Origin: an uncultured Actinomycetes bacterium
GTDB lineage: Bacteria > Actinomycetota > Thermoleophilia > Gaiellales > Gaiellaceae
Length of the DNA stretch: 64,000 nt
Reading direction: 5' to 3'
NCBI GenBank assembly: GCA_963738775.1
Contig: CAVTXU010000009.1
Location: 96,040-160,039, forward strand
Shown in pieces: positions 24,508 to 37,647 of this stretch. Both the position numbers and the translations under genes were made by a program. The notes under the pieces were generated by a model that was given only the letters and a program-made list of their open reading frames with translations, had not been told where the DNA came from and did not search any database. Each line of letters begins with the position of its first letter. Positions within the stretch are counted from its first letter, which is position 1.

Positions 24508-25290
24508 TTACTTGGGTGAGAGGCGATGTACGGCGAGCCGCTCGACCAGGGCGCGCTGCTCCGGCTCGAACCACGGCCCCTCGCCCGCTGCGGCGTTCTC
24601 GCTCGTGCGGCCTGGCTGTTTCGTCGCCGGGATTACGACGTCGACTCGCTCGTCGGAGAGCGCCCACTTCAGGAGCGCCTGCGCCCACGTCTCGACGCCC
24701 AGCTCCGCGAGCGCCTCCGCCGGCACCTTCTGCCCGGCGAGCGTGCCCTGCCCGAGCGGGCGCATCACGATCACCGCAACGCCGAGCTCCGCGGCCAGCG
24801 GCAACAGCTCTTGCTCCGCCTCGCGCTCGAGCGGGTTGAGCGGCACCTGCAGCGTCTGGAACCGGCCCGTCCGCAACGCCTCGGCCAACTCCGAGAACGC
24901 GCCCGCCGAATAGTGCGTGACGCCGATCCGCCCGATCCGTCCCGCCTCGCGCTCGGCCTCGAGCCACAGCAGGTGCTCCCGCCACGCGACGAGATTATGA
25001 ACCTGCTCGATCTCGACGTGGCCGAACCAGCCCAGCTGTGCCTCGTACTGCGCGCGCGCCTCGGCCGGCGACGCGGTCCAGATCTTCGTCGCGACGATCG
25101 CGTCCTCGCGCCGCCCTTCGAGTGCCGCCGCGAGTGAGGCCTCGGCGTCGCCGTACATCGGCGAGGAGTCGAACACACGGACGCCCGCGTCGAGCGCCGC
25201 GCCGACGACCTCACGGGCGAGATCGCGCCGTCCCGCAAACGTGTTCCACGTTCCGAGACCGACGACCGGGCCGAGGCGACGCTCCTCCAT
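24508..25290 (-). CDS. aldo/keto reductase
   Basis: 260 aa. LGLGTWNTF...FDSSPMYGDAE...VTHYSAGAFSEL...LQVPLNPLERE...GVAVIVMRPLGQG, the AKR pattern. Confidence 0.82.
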   Translation of the reverse strand: MEERRLGPVVGLGTWNTFAGRRDLAREVVGAALDAGVRVFDSSPMYGDAEASLAAALEGRREDAIVATKIWTASPAEARAQYEAQLGWFGHVEIEQVHNLVAWREHLLWLEAEREAGRIGRIGVTHYSAGAFSELAEALRTGRFQTLQVPLNPLEREAEQELLPLAAELGVAVIVMRPLGQGTLAGQKVPAEALAELGVETWAQALLKWALSDERVDVVIPATKQPGRTSENAAAGEGPWFEPEQRALVERLAVHRLSPK

Positions 25291-26279
25291 CTACGGGACG
25301 AGACCCCTGGGCGAGCCGGCCGGCCGCGAAGGCGGCCGCGAAGAAGCCGGGATCCTCGCCGGGCCCGCGGCCCATGTGCGACAACGGCAGGCCCGCGCAC
25401 GCCTCCTCGCCACCCGGACGCGTCCACCGACTCGCGCGGCTCGAGCCACTCAGGCGCCTCGAGCCCGTCGGGCCACGCCACCGCCGCGCGGCCCGGACAC
25501 AGCGCCAGCGCGGCCCGCGTGTGATGCGAGACTCCTCGATGGCGCTCGCGCGGATCGGCATCCGAATAGCGCACGGCGAGCACCGGGACACCGCCGAGCG
25601 CGCTCGCCGCGTTCGCTGCCTCGGCGGCCGCAACGCCGCCGTGGCCGAGCGACGAGCCGGTGCCGACGATCCCGGGCCCGATCGCGCAGACGACGACGTC
25701 GAACCCCGCAGCTCCCGCCCACGCCAAAGCCGACGCGACGCTCACGCACGCGACATCGCCGTCCACACATGCGCCCGCCGCAACCGCAGTCTCGACGAGC
25801 CCTCGCTCCTTCAGCGCACGCACGGCGTCCGACAGCGACACCGGCAGCGCGCCGCCCGGCACCTGCACGTACGCGACCCGCACCCCGGCTCCGATCCCCG
25901 CGCACACCGGCACGAGCTGGCTGTGCAGCGAGCAGCAGACGACCGGCAGCCCGGACAGCGACTCGGCGAGCGGATCGTCCTCCTCCGCGTGGCGCACGGC
26001 CGCCTGCAGCGGCGTGTACGGCAGCTTCATCACGTGGGCGCCCGGCTCGGGCGGCAGCTCGAGCCCGCGCGTCAGATTGGCGTACAGGACGTCGAAGCCG
26101 CCCGAGCCGAGCCCGAGCTCACGCGCCTGCACGTTCACGAGCACCTCGTCGCCGAGCGCAACCGGCCCGGTCAGGCGCGGATACGCGACGCACGGCGCGC
26201 CGTCGACCTCGCACCGCACGAGCCCTTCCACGCGCTCGACGATCGCCGAGACGCTGCCGCGGCGGAGGCTAAGCGGCAT
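25211..26279 (-). pseudogene. DUF3866 family protein, one frame break near 25410; 3' end uncertain
   Basis: MPLSLRRGSVSAIVERVEGL...CVAYPRLTGPVALGDEVLVNVQARELGLGSGGFDVLYANL...LHSQLVPVCAG...VDASGW. Then a shift to EEACAGLPLSHMGRGPGEDPGFFAAAFAAGRLA (ORF 25211..25633 frame). As sequenced, the tail overlaps the AKR start by about 80 nt. A TAG at 25291-25293 in the third frame could be the true stop if another indel exists. Confidence 0.65.
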
Positions 26280-27386
26280 CGCGCGCGGCGTCGAGCAGCG
26301 CCAGCGTCACGTCGACCATCGCGTCGAGATCGGCGACCGCGATCCGCTCGTTCGAGGTGTGGATGTCGGTCATCCCGTTGGCGAGGTTCACGCACTCGAG
26401 CCCGCGCAGGTTGAAGACGTTCGCGTCGGCACCGCCGCCTGTCAGCGCGTAGCTCGGCGTGTACCCGACCCGCGTCAGCGCCTCCGCGGCCAGCGCGACG
26501 GCCACATCGTCGCGCCGGAACCGGTAGCCGCGGTAGCTCTCGTGCACGGTCGTCTCGACCTCGCAGTCGGCCGAGCTCGCAGCGAACGCGATCGCGTCGA
26601 GCATCTCGCCGACGACGTCGCCGAGCCGCTTCTCGTCGTGGGCTCGCACCTCCGCGTCGAACGAGCACCACTCGGGCACGATGTTGCGTGCAGTGCCGCC
26701 CGAGATCACGCCGACGTTCGTCGTCGTCTCCTCGTCGAGCCGCCCGAGCCGCAGGTCGGCGATCGCACGCGCAGCGGCGGCGATCGCGGAGCGGCCGTCC
26801 TCCGGGAACCATCCCCGCGTGAGCCGCGCGCCCGTGGAACGTCACATGAAGCGACCGCTGGGTCGGCGCGCCGAGCACGATCTCGCCGATCGGCCCCGGC
26901 TGGTCGTAGACGTAGCCGGTCCGCGCAGCAAGCCGCTTCTCGTCGAACGCCTCGGCGCCGAGCAGCCCGACCTCCTCCTTCGGCGTGAAGAGCAGCTCGA
27001 TCCCCGCGTGCGGCCGGCCTTCCTCGTGCACACGGCGCACCGCCTCGAGCAGCGACACGACCGCTGCCTTGTTGTCGCCGCCGAGGATCGTCCCGCCCGC
27101 GTTGCGCACGCCAGCCGTCCTCGACGACCGGCTCGAGCGGCCCGCTCGGAGGAACGGTGTCGAGATGGGCGCAGAAGAACAGCGGCAACCCGGCCGGCGT
27201 CGGCTCGAGCCGGCAGTAGAGATTCCCGATCGTTGAGCCGACCACCGCGCCCGCACCGTCCTCCGACACGTCGAGCCCGAGCTCGGCCAGATACGCGAGC
27301 ACCCGGTCCGCGACGGCGCGCTCCTCGCCCGGCGGGCTGGGCAGCGCGGCGAGCTCCAGAAAGAGCGTCAGCGGATCCGGCAGCAC
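26269..27386 (-). pseudogene. M20 family metallopeptidase (PepT/tripeptidase-like), two frame breaks (about 27115 and 26815)
   Basis: GTG 27386: [33 protein letters not shown]...LFFCAHLDTVPPSG / VRNAGGTILGGDNKAAVVSLLEAV...IELLFTPKEEVGLLGA...VTFHGRAAHAGM / PEDGRSAIAAAARAIADLRLGRLDEETTTNVGVISGGTARNIVPEWC...NLANGMTDIHTSNERI. Frames step 2, 1, 0, i.e. two inserted bases. Stop overlaps the DUF3866 start by 11 nt. Confidence 0.75.
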
Positions 27387-27396
27387 GCGCCGAACT

Positions 27397-30264
<2,868 letters not shown>

Positions 30265-30272
<8 letters not shown>

Positions 30273-31140
30273 CGGCGAGCGGCGGCAGGACGCTTGCGTC
30301 GGCGCTCTGGTCGAGCCCGTAGTGGCCGGGCTGAGCGCCGGCGAGCAGCGCCGCGAGCGCGAGCCGCCCCGCCGGAGTCTGCAGGTCGTCCACGGTCGAG
30401 ATCCCGAGCTGGCGGAAGACCGGCATCGCCGACACCTTCGTATCCGAGGTCTCCACGCCGACAGCGGGCGCGCCGGCCGAGGCGAGCCCCGAGTAGAAGC
30501 CGTGCAGGAAGCCGACCGTCGGCCCGTGCTGCGGCGTTGCGGTGCGGACGACGACAACGCCGTCGAGCGGCGTGTTCGACCCGCCGAGCCGCTCCGACAC
30601 GAGGAGATTCGACAGCGGCCCCCAGAGCGGCGCCTTGCCGCCCTTCACGAGCTCCGAACCGAGCTCCTTGCCGAGCTTTTCGAGCCCGGCCGGCCCCGCG
30701 TACTTGGCCGCAAGCACCGGATGCGACGCGAGCGCCTTCTGGATCGCGACCGGATCGACCGGAACCTGGAGCGAGCGGTAGCGCGTCGAGACGCCGCCGG
30801 AATCGGAGAGAGCGCCCTGGACGAGCCCCCGCAGCTGCGTGTCGTCCGGCCCCACGAAGACGATGCCGATCCGCTTGCCCTTGAGCCGGTTGCTCATCAC
30901 CGTCGCGTACGCGGCGCTCGAGAAGGCCGACGAGGCGCGCTCCTGATCCTGAAGCGCGTTGAGCTGCCCGGCGAGCGCGGTGTAGCGCGCCTGGAGCTCC
31001 GCCTTCTGCTCGTTCAGGAGCTTGCGCTCGGAGTGCGAGAGCGTGTCGTTCGAGGACACGCCGACGCCGACGAGGATGCCGATCACGAGCGCGACGAAGA
31101 CGGCGGCGAGCGAGGCGACGTGGTAGCGGAAGTCGAACAT
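30265..31140 (-). CDS. MctB/SteB-like membrane protein (DUF3186, annotated as copper transporter in mycobacteria)
   Basis: ATG 31140: MFDFRYHVASLAAVFVALVIGILVGVG, then a coiled-coil (LLNEQKAELQARYTALAGQLNALQ) and a periplasmic-type domain. Its position between steA and pyrG matches the Mycobacterium Rv1697-Rv1698-pyrG order. Confidence 0.65.
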
Positions 31141-31159
31141 TCCGCGGTGCAGAGTAGAG

Positions 31160-31582
31160 CTAAACCTGCGCGCCGGTCTGCACAAGGTCGTGCAGCCGGA
31201 CGAGCGCGTGCTCCGGAAACGAGCGGCTGAGGCTCACGAGCCAGGGCGCACTCACCCGCAGGTGCGCGAGGGTGCGGTCCGGCGCCGACTCGTCGAGGCG
31301 GAGCTCGACCTCGAGCTTGCGGCCGTTGAGCCGGAAGCGCCACAGCGCCGGGCGCTCGACCTCATCCACGAGCAGGACGTCGCGGTCATGCGCCTTCCGC
31401 AGCAGCGTCGGCGTGTTACCGCCGGAGATCTCCCAGCGCGCGCCGGGCGCAAGCCCGCGCCGGTCGGCCTGCACGCCGCCGATCCCGGGCCACCAGTCGG
31501 GCAGATGGTTCGGCTCCTCGAGAAAGGCCCAGACGTCCTCGCGGGAGGCGAGCAGCTCGCCGGTGGCCTCGCGGGTCGGCAT
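31160..31582 (-). CDS. SRPBCC (polyketide cyclase/START-like) family protein
   Basis: ATG 31582 overlaps the steA TGA (TGATG). MPTREATGELLASREDVWAFLEEPNHLPDWWPGI...WRFRLNGRKLEVELRLDE, an SRPBCC-like pattern. Confidence 0.6.
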   Translation of the reverse strand: MPTREATGELLASREDVWAFLEEPNHLPDWWPGIGGVQADRRGLAPGARWEISGGNTPTLLRKAHDRDVLLVDEVERPALWRFRLNGRKLEVELRLDESAPDRTLAHLRVSAPWLVSLSRSFPEHALVRLHDLVQTGAQV

Positions 31583-32718
31583 CAGCCGAGGCCGAGGAGG
31601 GAGCGGAGCCGCAGGCCGAACAGCTCGATCAGATGGCGCAGCGGCGGCGAGGCGGCGACGGCGACCACCACCGCCGAGATCGCCGCGACGACGAACGCGA
31701 CGAGCGGCCACACGCCGACCTGACGCGAGGCGAGCCGCGAGACGCCCTTCGCGTCGACGAGGATCTCCCCCACCTTCAGCCGCGTCACGAAGGTCGACGA
31801 CATCCCGTCGCGCTCTCGTTCCAGGAACTCGATCAGGTTGAAGTGCGTGCCGACCGCGACGATCAGCGCCGCGCCCTTCTCGTAGGCCAGGAGCAGCGCG
31901 ACGTCCTCGCTGATCCCGGGCGCCGAGACGACCTCGTAGGGAAGTCCGAGCCGCTCGAGCCGCCTCGCTCCGGGCGCCTCGCCGCCGCGGTAGGCGTGGA
32001 CGACGATCTCGGCGCCCGAGCGGAGCGCGCGGTCGGTGACCGAGTCCATGTCGCCGACGATCACGTCCGGCTTCAGCCCGGCCTCGAGCAGCGCGTCGGC
32101 GCCGCCGTCGACCGCGACCAGGACGGGCTTGTAGTCGCGGACGTACGGGCGGACCATGTGCAGATCGCGCTTGTGGCCGGGACCGCGCGCGACGACGAGC
32201 GCGTGGCGGTCGCGGAAGCGCGCCTTGAGCGGCGGGAAGTCGATCCCCTCCGAGAGCAGGTGCCCCTCGTCGCGGAGGTAGCGCATCGTGTTCTCGGCGA
32301 ACGATTCGAGCGCCTCGGTGACCCGATCCTTGCCCTGCTCGAGCGCACGCTCCAGCTCGGGTGCCTCCAGCACGCGGCCGCTCGCGAGACAGGTCCCGTT
32401 GCGGTAGACGCCGCCGCCGCGGACCGAGAGCAGCTCGCCCTCCGACACGGTGTCGAACAGCGACGCATCGGGCGCGTCGATCAGGCGGACGCCGCCGCGG
32501 ACGAGCAACAGCGGGCCGGGGTTCGGATAGCGGCCGCTCTGCGACTCCGCCACGTTGACGACGACGCGGACTCCCGACTCGACGAGCTCCTCCGCCGAGA
32601 CGCGATCGAGGTCGCGGTGGTCGATGATGGCCACGTCACCCGACGAGAGCCGCTTGGTGAGGTTCTTCGTGCGGCGGTCGATCCGCGCGCGGCCGGTGAA
32701 CTCGACGAAAGAGCTCAC
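31582..32718 (-). CDS. steA: cytokinetic ring protein SteA-like (thiamine pyrophosphokinase-like catalytic domain plus C-terminal TM)
   Basis: GTG 32718 overlaps the recN TGA (GTGA). VSSFVEFTGRARIDRRTKNLTKRLSSGDVAIIDHRDLDRVSAEEL...VAVDGGADALLEAGLKPDVIVGDMDSV...LVAVGTHFNLIEFLE, with the C-terminal helix VWPLVAFVVAAISAVVVAVAA. Confidence 0.8.
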   Translation of the reverse strand: MSSFVEFTGRARIDRRTKNLTKRLSSGDVAIIDHRDLDRVSAEELVESGVRVVVNVAESQSGRYPNPGPLLLVRGGVRLIDAPDASLFDTVSEGELLSVRGGGVYRNGTCLASGRVLEAPELERALEQGKDRVTEALESFAENTMRYLRDEGHLLSEGIDFPPLKARFRDRHALVVARGPGHKRDLHMVRPYVRDYKPVLVAVDGGADALLEAGLKPDVIVGDMDSVTDRALRSGAEIVVHAYRGGEAPGARRLERLGLPYEVVSAPGISEDVALLLAYEKGAALIVAVGTHFNLIEFLERERDGMSSTFVTRLKVGEILVDAKGVSRLASRQVGVWPLVAFVVAAISAVVVAVAASPPLRHLIELFGLRLRSLLGLG

Positions 32719-34341
32719 TGGACGCTCGAGAGGAACTCGCGACCGCCCAGCATCCGCTGGAGCTCTTCGCGCCGGTCTGCTTCGGCGAGCCGGTCGATGC
32801 GCGTGTGGGTCGGGTCGCCCGGCACCTTCTCGACGCGGAAGTGGCTCGCGGCGAGGCTCGCGATCTGCGGGAGATGCGTGATCGTGATCACCTGGGCGCG
32901 CGCCGCCGAGCCGCTCGAGGGTGCGGCCGACGGCGTTCGCGGTCTCGCCGCCGATGCCCGCGTCGATCTCGTCGAAGACCATCGTCTCGCCGCCGGCGAC
33001 CGCTGCGATCGCGAGCGCGACTCTGGAGAGCTCGCCGCCCGAGGCGGTGTCGGCGACGGGCGCGAACGGGAGGCCGGGGTTCGGGCGGATCCGGAACGAG
33101 ACCTCGTCGGCTCCCGTCGGGCCTGGCTCGCGGTCACCCATCTCCGCGAGAAACTCGCCCTCGCCCATGCCGACGCCGCGCAGCTCCTCGGCGACCGCAG
33201 CTTGGAACGGAGCGAGCGACTCGGTGCGGGCGTCGCGGAGCTCCTGGCCGAGCTTCGCGACCTTCGCCTCGGCGGCGGCGAGCTCCTCGGCGGCGGCGCG
33301 CGCGGGATCGTGGCCCTCGGCGATCGCATCGAGCTCGGCGCGAGCCTCGGTCGCTCGGGCGAGCAGCTCCTCGTAGGTCGCGGCGCCGAAGCGGCGCTTT
33401 GCATCGGCGATCCGGTCGAGGCCCGCCTCGACCTCCTCCAGGCGGCCGGGCTCGGCCTCGAGCGACGCGAGGAACGCGCGCAGGGCACTCGCGGTCTCGC
33501 GCAGGCGGAGCTCGGCGTCGCGCAGCTCGTTGCCGGCCTGCTCGAGCTCGGCTGCGAGCCGCTCGAGCGGTGCGACGGCGCGCTCGGCGGCGCCGGTAAG
33601 GCCCGCGGCACCCTCGCCGTCGTCGGGCGCGAGCGCCTCGGCGGCGGTTTCCGCGGCCTCGGCGAGCTCGGTCACGTGGCGCAGCCGCTCGCGCTCGGCG
33701 CGCAGGCTCTCCTCGGTGTCGGCCTCGAGCCCCTCGGTGGCGGCGGCGAGCGCGGCGAGCTCCTCGAGTCGGGCGGCGGCCGCAGCGGCGTCGCTCGCGA
33801 TCTCGTCGTGACGGCGCCGGGCCGCAGCGAGCTCGCGCCAGGCGATCCGGGCCTCGCGGCGGCGGCGGCCCTGCTCCTCGCCGCAGAACGCGTCGAGCAC
33901 GTCGAGCTGATACGCGGGCCGGCCGAGCCGGCGCTGCTCGAACTGGCCGGACATCGCGATCAGGCGCTCCGCCGCTGCGGCGAGATCCTCGCGCGCGACG
34001 CTGCGGCCCCAGGCATACGCGCGCGTGCGCCCGTCCGCGAACACGCGCCGCGCGAGCACGAGCCCTTCCTCGTCCTCCGGCCGCAGCTCGGCGAGCGTCT
34101 CGAAGCCCTCCTCGTCGAGCAAGCCGTCGGGCAGGTCGAGCTCGGCCTCGACGTACGCCTCGTCGGCGCCGGCGCCGATGTACGAGGCGTCGCCCTTGGC
34201 GCCGAGCAGCAGCCCAATCGCCTGCGCGAGGATCGTCTTCCCCGCGCCCGTCTCGCCGGTGATCGCGTTCAGCCCCGGCCCGAGCTCGAGCTCAGCCTCG
34301 CGGATGAGCACGAGATTCTCGATCCGAAGTCGGCGGAGCAC
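32715..34341 (-). pseudogene. recN: DNA repair protein RecN, one frame break near 32910
   Basis: MLRRLRIENLVLIREAELELGPGLNAITGETGAGKTILAQAIGLLLG (Walker A), a long coiled-coil, ASGGELSRVALAI...MVFDEIDAGIGGETANAVGRTLERL. Then a shift to AARAQVITITHLPQIASLAASHFRVEK...RMLGG (ORF 32715..33611 frame). Span is 3n+1. Confidence 0.88.
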
Positions 34342-34412
34342 GAACGAGATGGTATTCGCAGCGGCCGCGCCGGGCCATTGGCCCGAACGGCCGAGGATAG
34401 TGTGCGACCGCC

Positions 34413-35318
34413 GTGATCGACGTTCCCGAGATCGTTCGCGAGAAGGCCCTCGCCTACGGGGCGGAGGCGTGGCTCGACGGTCTGGCGTTGCTCGTTCGCG
34501 AGGTCGAGGTCGAGTGGGGCCTCACCGTGGGTCGCTCTTACCGGGATTCGACCGAGGCCCTCGTGACCGAGGCGACGTGCGCCGACGGCACGCCCGCGGT
34601 CTTGAAGCTGATCGTTCCGCGCGACCCTCACGCGGCCGCCCACGAGGCGACCGTCCTGAAACTCGCCGCGGGCGACGGCTGCCCCCGGTTGCTCCGGGAG
34701 GACGTCTCTCGCGGGGCGCTGCTCCTCGAGCGGCTGGGCGGCTCGCTCCACGAGCTCGGGTTGCCGACCCGCGAGCGCCACGAGATTCTCGTCGCCGCCT
34801 CGCAGCGGATCTGGCGCCGGGCACCCGACTCCGGCCTCCCCACAGGCGCTGTCAAGGCACGATGGCTCGCCGGGTTCATCGCCGCGACCTGGGAGGAGCT
34901 CGATCGCCCGTGCGCAGAGCGGACGGTGGAGCACGCGCTGGCGTGCGCGGCACGGCGCGCCCGTGCACATCGCGACGAGACCGCAATGCTCGTCCACGGC
35001 GACGTGCATCAGTGGAACGCGCTCGAGGCTCCCGGCGGCTTCAAGCTCGTCGATCCGGACGGCCTCCTCGCCGAGCCCGAATACGACCTCGGCATCATCA
35101 TGCGAGAGGATCCGCTGGACGGAGACTTGCCCGGGCGGGCCCGCCGGCTCGCGCGCCGGACGGGCCTCGACGCCGACGCGATCTGGGAATGGGGCGTCGT
35201 CGAACGCGTCTCCACCGGTCTCCTCGGCACCCGCATCGGGCTCCAGCCGATCGCCCGCCAGATGCTCGCGGCGGCGGATCGTCTCGCTACGGGCCGAACG
35301 TCTCCCGGTAGCGGCTGA
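34413..35318 (+). CDS. aminoglycoside phosphotransferase family protein (streptomycin 6-kinase / APH(6)-like)
   Basis: GTG start. AVLKLIVPRD...ALLLERL...MLVHGDVHQWNALEAPGGFKLVDPDGLLAEPEYDLG (Brenner HGDxxxxN and DxD motifs). Confidence 0.72.
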   Translation: MIDVPEIVREKALAYGAEAWLDGLALLVREVEVEWGLTVGRSYRDSTEALVTEATCADGTPAVLKLIVPRDPHAAAHEATVLKLAAGDGCPRLLREDVSRGALLLERLGGSLHELGLPTRERHEILVAASQRIWRRAPDSGLPTGAVKARWLAGFIAATWEELDRPCAERTVEHALACAARRARAHRDETAMLVHGDVHQWNALEAPGGFKLVDPDGLLAEPEYDLGIIMREDPLDGDLPGRARRLARRTGLDADAIWEWGVVERVSTGLLGTRIGLQPIARQMLAAADRLATGRTSPGSG

Positions 35319-36171
35319 AGAACGTCGCCTCGGGCAGTGTCGCGAGGAGGCTGCGGCGGTCGCCGAGGCGGATCGTGACCTTGCCGTCGGGCGGGAGCTC
35401 GTGGAAGACATGGCCGTCGATCAGGACGGACACGGCCACATCGGGCGTGCGGTTCCAGATCACCACGTCGGCGCCGCGCGGGACGACGAGCGGGCGCGCG
35501 TGCAGCGAGTGCGGCGCCACGAACGTCAGCGCGAGCGCGTCGAGGCCCCACACCAGCACGGGGCCGCCGTTCGAGAGGTTGTATGCGGTCGAGCCGGACG
35601 GCGACGCGCAGATCAGGCCGTCGCAGGGCTGGCGGCCGAGATCCTCGCCGCCGATCGCCCACTCCAGCTCGACCATCCGGCCGAGGCTCGAGCTTGCCGC
35701 GACGACGTCGTTGACCGCGACGGCGGTCTCCGCGCCGACCGCTGCGTCGAGAGTCGGCAGCTCGACCACGCGGTAGTCGCCCCCGAAGACGCGGGTGAGG
35801 TCGGGCTCGAGCCGGTCGGCCTCGATCGAGGCGAGGAAGCCGACGCGACCGAAGTTAACGCCGATCACCGGCACGCCGAGGTCGAGGAAGCGGCCGAGCG
35901 CCCGCAGCATCGTGCCGTCGCCGCCGAGGACCACTGCGATGTCCGCTGCCGCCGACTCCTCGCCGTCGGGCGGGAGACCGTGCTTCGCGCGCTCCTCGCC
36001 GGAGTAGACAAGCTCGACGCCGGCCGCGTCGGCGGTCGCCTGCACGCGCTCCAATGCCGGCCCGATCGTGGCTGCGCGCCCGTGCGTGAGCACGACGGCG
36101 CGCCGCACCGGCTCAGGCGACAGCGGCTGCGATCCAGGCATCGAGATCAGGGTCGAGTTCGGCTCGTTCAT
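35287..36171 (-). CDS. nadK: NAD(+) kinase
   Basis: IAVVLGGDGTMLRA...VIGVNFGRVGFLA...DGLICASPSGSTAYNLSNGGPV. Longest ORF given. Alternative starts are ATG 36141 and GTG 36108 (the latter just after the tlyA stop, giving VRRAVVLTHG). Confidence 0.85.
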   Translation of the reverse strand: MNEPNSTLISMPGSQPLSPEPVRRAVVLTHGRAATIGPALERVQATADAAGVELVYSGEERAKHGLPPDGEESAAADIAVVLGGDGTMLRALGRFLDLGVPVIGVNFGRVGFLASIEADRLEPDLTRVFGGDYRVVELPTLDAAVGAETAVAVNDVVAASSSLGRMVELEWAIGGEDLGRQPCDGLICASPSGSTAYNLSNGGPVLVWGLDALALTFVAPHSLHARPLVVPRGADVVIWNRTPDVAVSVLIDGHVFHELPPDGKVTIRLGDRRSLLATLPEATFFSRYRETFGP

Positions 36172-36880
36172 CGTTGACGAGGTACAGGAACGTCTCCCGG
36201 TTCCCTTTCGGCCCCGGCACCCCGGAGTCTATGACGCCGGCCACCCGCCCCGGCCAGGCCAGCGCCGCCTCGGCGACCTCGCGCACGACACGGCGGCGCA
36301 CCTCGACGTCGCGGACGACGCCACCCTTGCCGACGTCCGCGCGCCCGGCCTCGAACTGCGGCTTCACCATCACGAGCGCGCGCCAGCCGGGCGCGGCGAG
36401 CCGGATCGCAGGCGGCAGGACGGTGCGCGCGCTGATGAACGAGACATCGCACACGACGAGCTCGGGCGGATACGGCAGCTCCTCGAGCGCACGCGCGTTC
36501 ATCCGTTCGACCACGGTCACACGTGGATCGGAGCGGAGCTTCGGATGGAGCTGGCCGTAGCCGACGTCGAGCGCGACGACCCGTGCCGCGCCGCGCTGGA
36601 GCAGGCAGTCGGTGAAGCCGCCGGTCGAGGCGCCGAGGTCGAGGCAGTCGAGGCCAGTCACGTCGAGGCCGACCGCCCCGAGAGCGTTCGCGAGCTTCTC
36701 GCCGCCCCGCGACACGAACGGCGGCCGCGCATCGACGGTCAGCTCGGCGGTCTCGTCGACCTGCGCGCCCGCCTTGTCGTACCCGGGCACGAGCCCCGCC
36801 AGCACGAGCGCCTGCGCCTGCGCGCGGCTCTCGGCGAGCCCGCGCTCGACGAGCAGGACGTCGAGCCGCTTCTTCGTCAC
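36113..36880 (-). CDS. tlyA: TlyA family rRNA (cytidine-2'-O)-methyltransferase
   Basis: GTG 36880 overlaps the upstream TGA (GTGA). S4 domain KKRLDVLLVERGLAESRAQAQALVLAG. FtsJ-type fold SRGGEKL...CLDLGASTGGFTDCLLQRGAARVVALDVG...CDVSFIS. Confidence 0.85.
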   Translation of the reverse strand: MTKKRLDVLLVERGLAESRAQAQALVLAGLVPGYDKAGAQVDETAELTVDARPPFVSRGGEKLANALGAVGLDVTGLDCLDLGASTGGFTDCLLQRGAARVVALDVGYGQLHPKLRSDPRVTVVERMNARALEELPYPPELVVCDVSFISARTVLPPAIRLAAPGWRALVMVKPQFEAGRADVGKGGVVRDVEVRRRVVREVAEAALAWPGRVAGVIDSGVPGPKGNRETFLYLVNDERAELDPDLDAWIAAAVA

Positions 36881-37647
36881 ACGGTGCGGGCCTTGAGCCC
36901 GCCGACGATCTCCTCGAGCACCGCCGTGTCCGCGTCGATCGCCTCGAGCGCTGCCTGCGCGCGGTCGGCCGACTCGTCGGCGAGCCGTCGCGAACCGTCG
37001 ACCCCGTGGGTGACCACGTAGCCGTCGCCGTCGAGGATGTCGTCGACGATCTGGAACAAGAGGCCGAGCTCGCCGCCGAACGCGCGCCACAGGCCCTGCT
37101 CGCTCTCCGGAATCTCCGCGACCCAGAGCGCGAGCCCGATCGCCGCCGCGAACAGGCAGCCGGTCTTCAGCCGGTGCAGCGTCTCGTCGTCGGGCGCAGT
37201 GGCGGTGATGTCGAGGTACTGACCGCCGATCATCCCGAGCGTCGCCTGCGCGAGCTCGCGACCCGCGTGCGGCGTCGGATACGAGAGCACGAGCCGGAAC
37301 GCCTCGGCGAGCAGCGCATCGCCGGCGAGGATGCCCACCGCTTCGCCGTACTGCGCCCACGTGCTCGGCCGGCCGCGGCGCTCGGCGTCGTCGTCGAGCG
37401 CGGGCAGGTCGTCGTGGACGAGCGAGAACGAGTGGACGAGCTCGAGCGCAGCCGCCGCGGGCAGCGCGTTCTCGGCCGTTGCGCCCGCAGCCTCGGCGGT
37501 CGCGAGGCACAGCACCGGGCGGACACGCTTGCCGCCGCCCTCGAGCGCGTAGCGCACCGACTCGGCCTGCCCGTGCAGCTCGGGCGTGAGCGCGAGGCCT
37601 GCGAGGTACTCCTCGACGAGCGCGCGCAGCTCCTCAGGCGTCGACAT
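36877..37647 (-). CDS. ispA: polyprenyl (farnesyl/geranylgeranyl) diphosphate synthase
   Basis: First DDxxD-type motif LVHDDLPALDDDAERRGRP; second motif FQIVDDILD; GKRVRP near the N-terminus. 256 aa, shorter than many family members. Confidence 0.82.
   Translation of the reverse strand: MSTPEELRALVEEYLAGLALTPELHGQAESVRYALEGGGKRVRPVLCLATAEAAGATAENALPAAAALELVHSFSLVHDDLPALDDDAERRGRPSTWAQYGEAVGILAGDALLAEAFRLVLSYPTPHAGRELAQATLGMIGGQYLDITATAPDDETLHRLKTGCLFAAAIGLALWVAEIPESEQGLWRAFGGELGLLFQIVDDILDGDGYVVTHGVDGSRRLADESADRAQAALEAIDADTAVLEEIVGGLKARTV

Noticed and set aside
24771-25290. C-terminal part of the 502-aa ORF 24771..26279, and the 423-aa ORF 62681..63952 as single proteins
   Set aside because: Both are composites. 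The first reads through the aldo/keto reductase gene out of frame after the DUF3866 frame break. The second joins out-of-frame hutH sequence to the small membrane ORF.
31582-34341. Single 919-aa RecN-SteA fusion
   Set aside because: The RecN C-terminus (QVITITHLPQIA...) is in another frame and ends at 32715. The read-through segment between is Arg/Pro-rich nonsense. steA has its own GTG at 32718.
34269-35411. 380-aa minus-strand ORF antisense to the aminoglycoside phosphotransferase-like gene
   Set aside because: It has no motifs and shadow-frame composition, whereas the plus-strand frame carries the HGDxxxxN and DxD kinase motifs.
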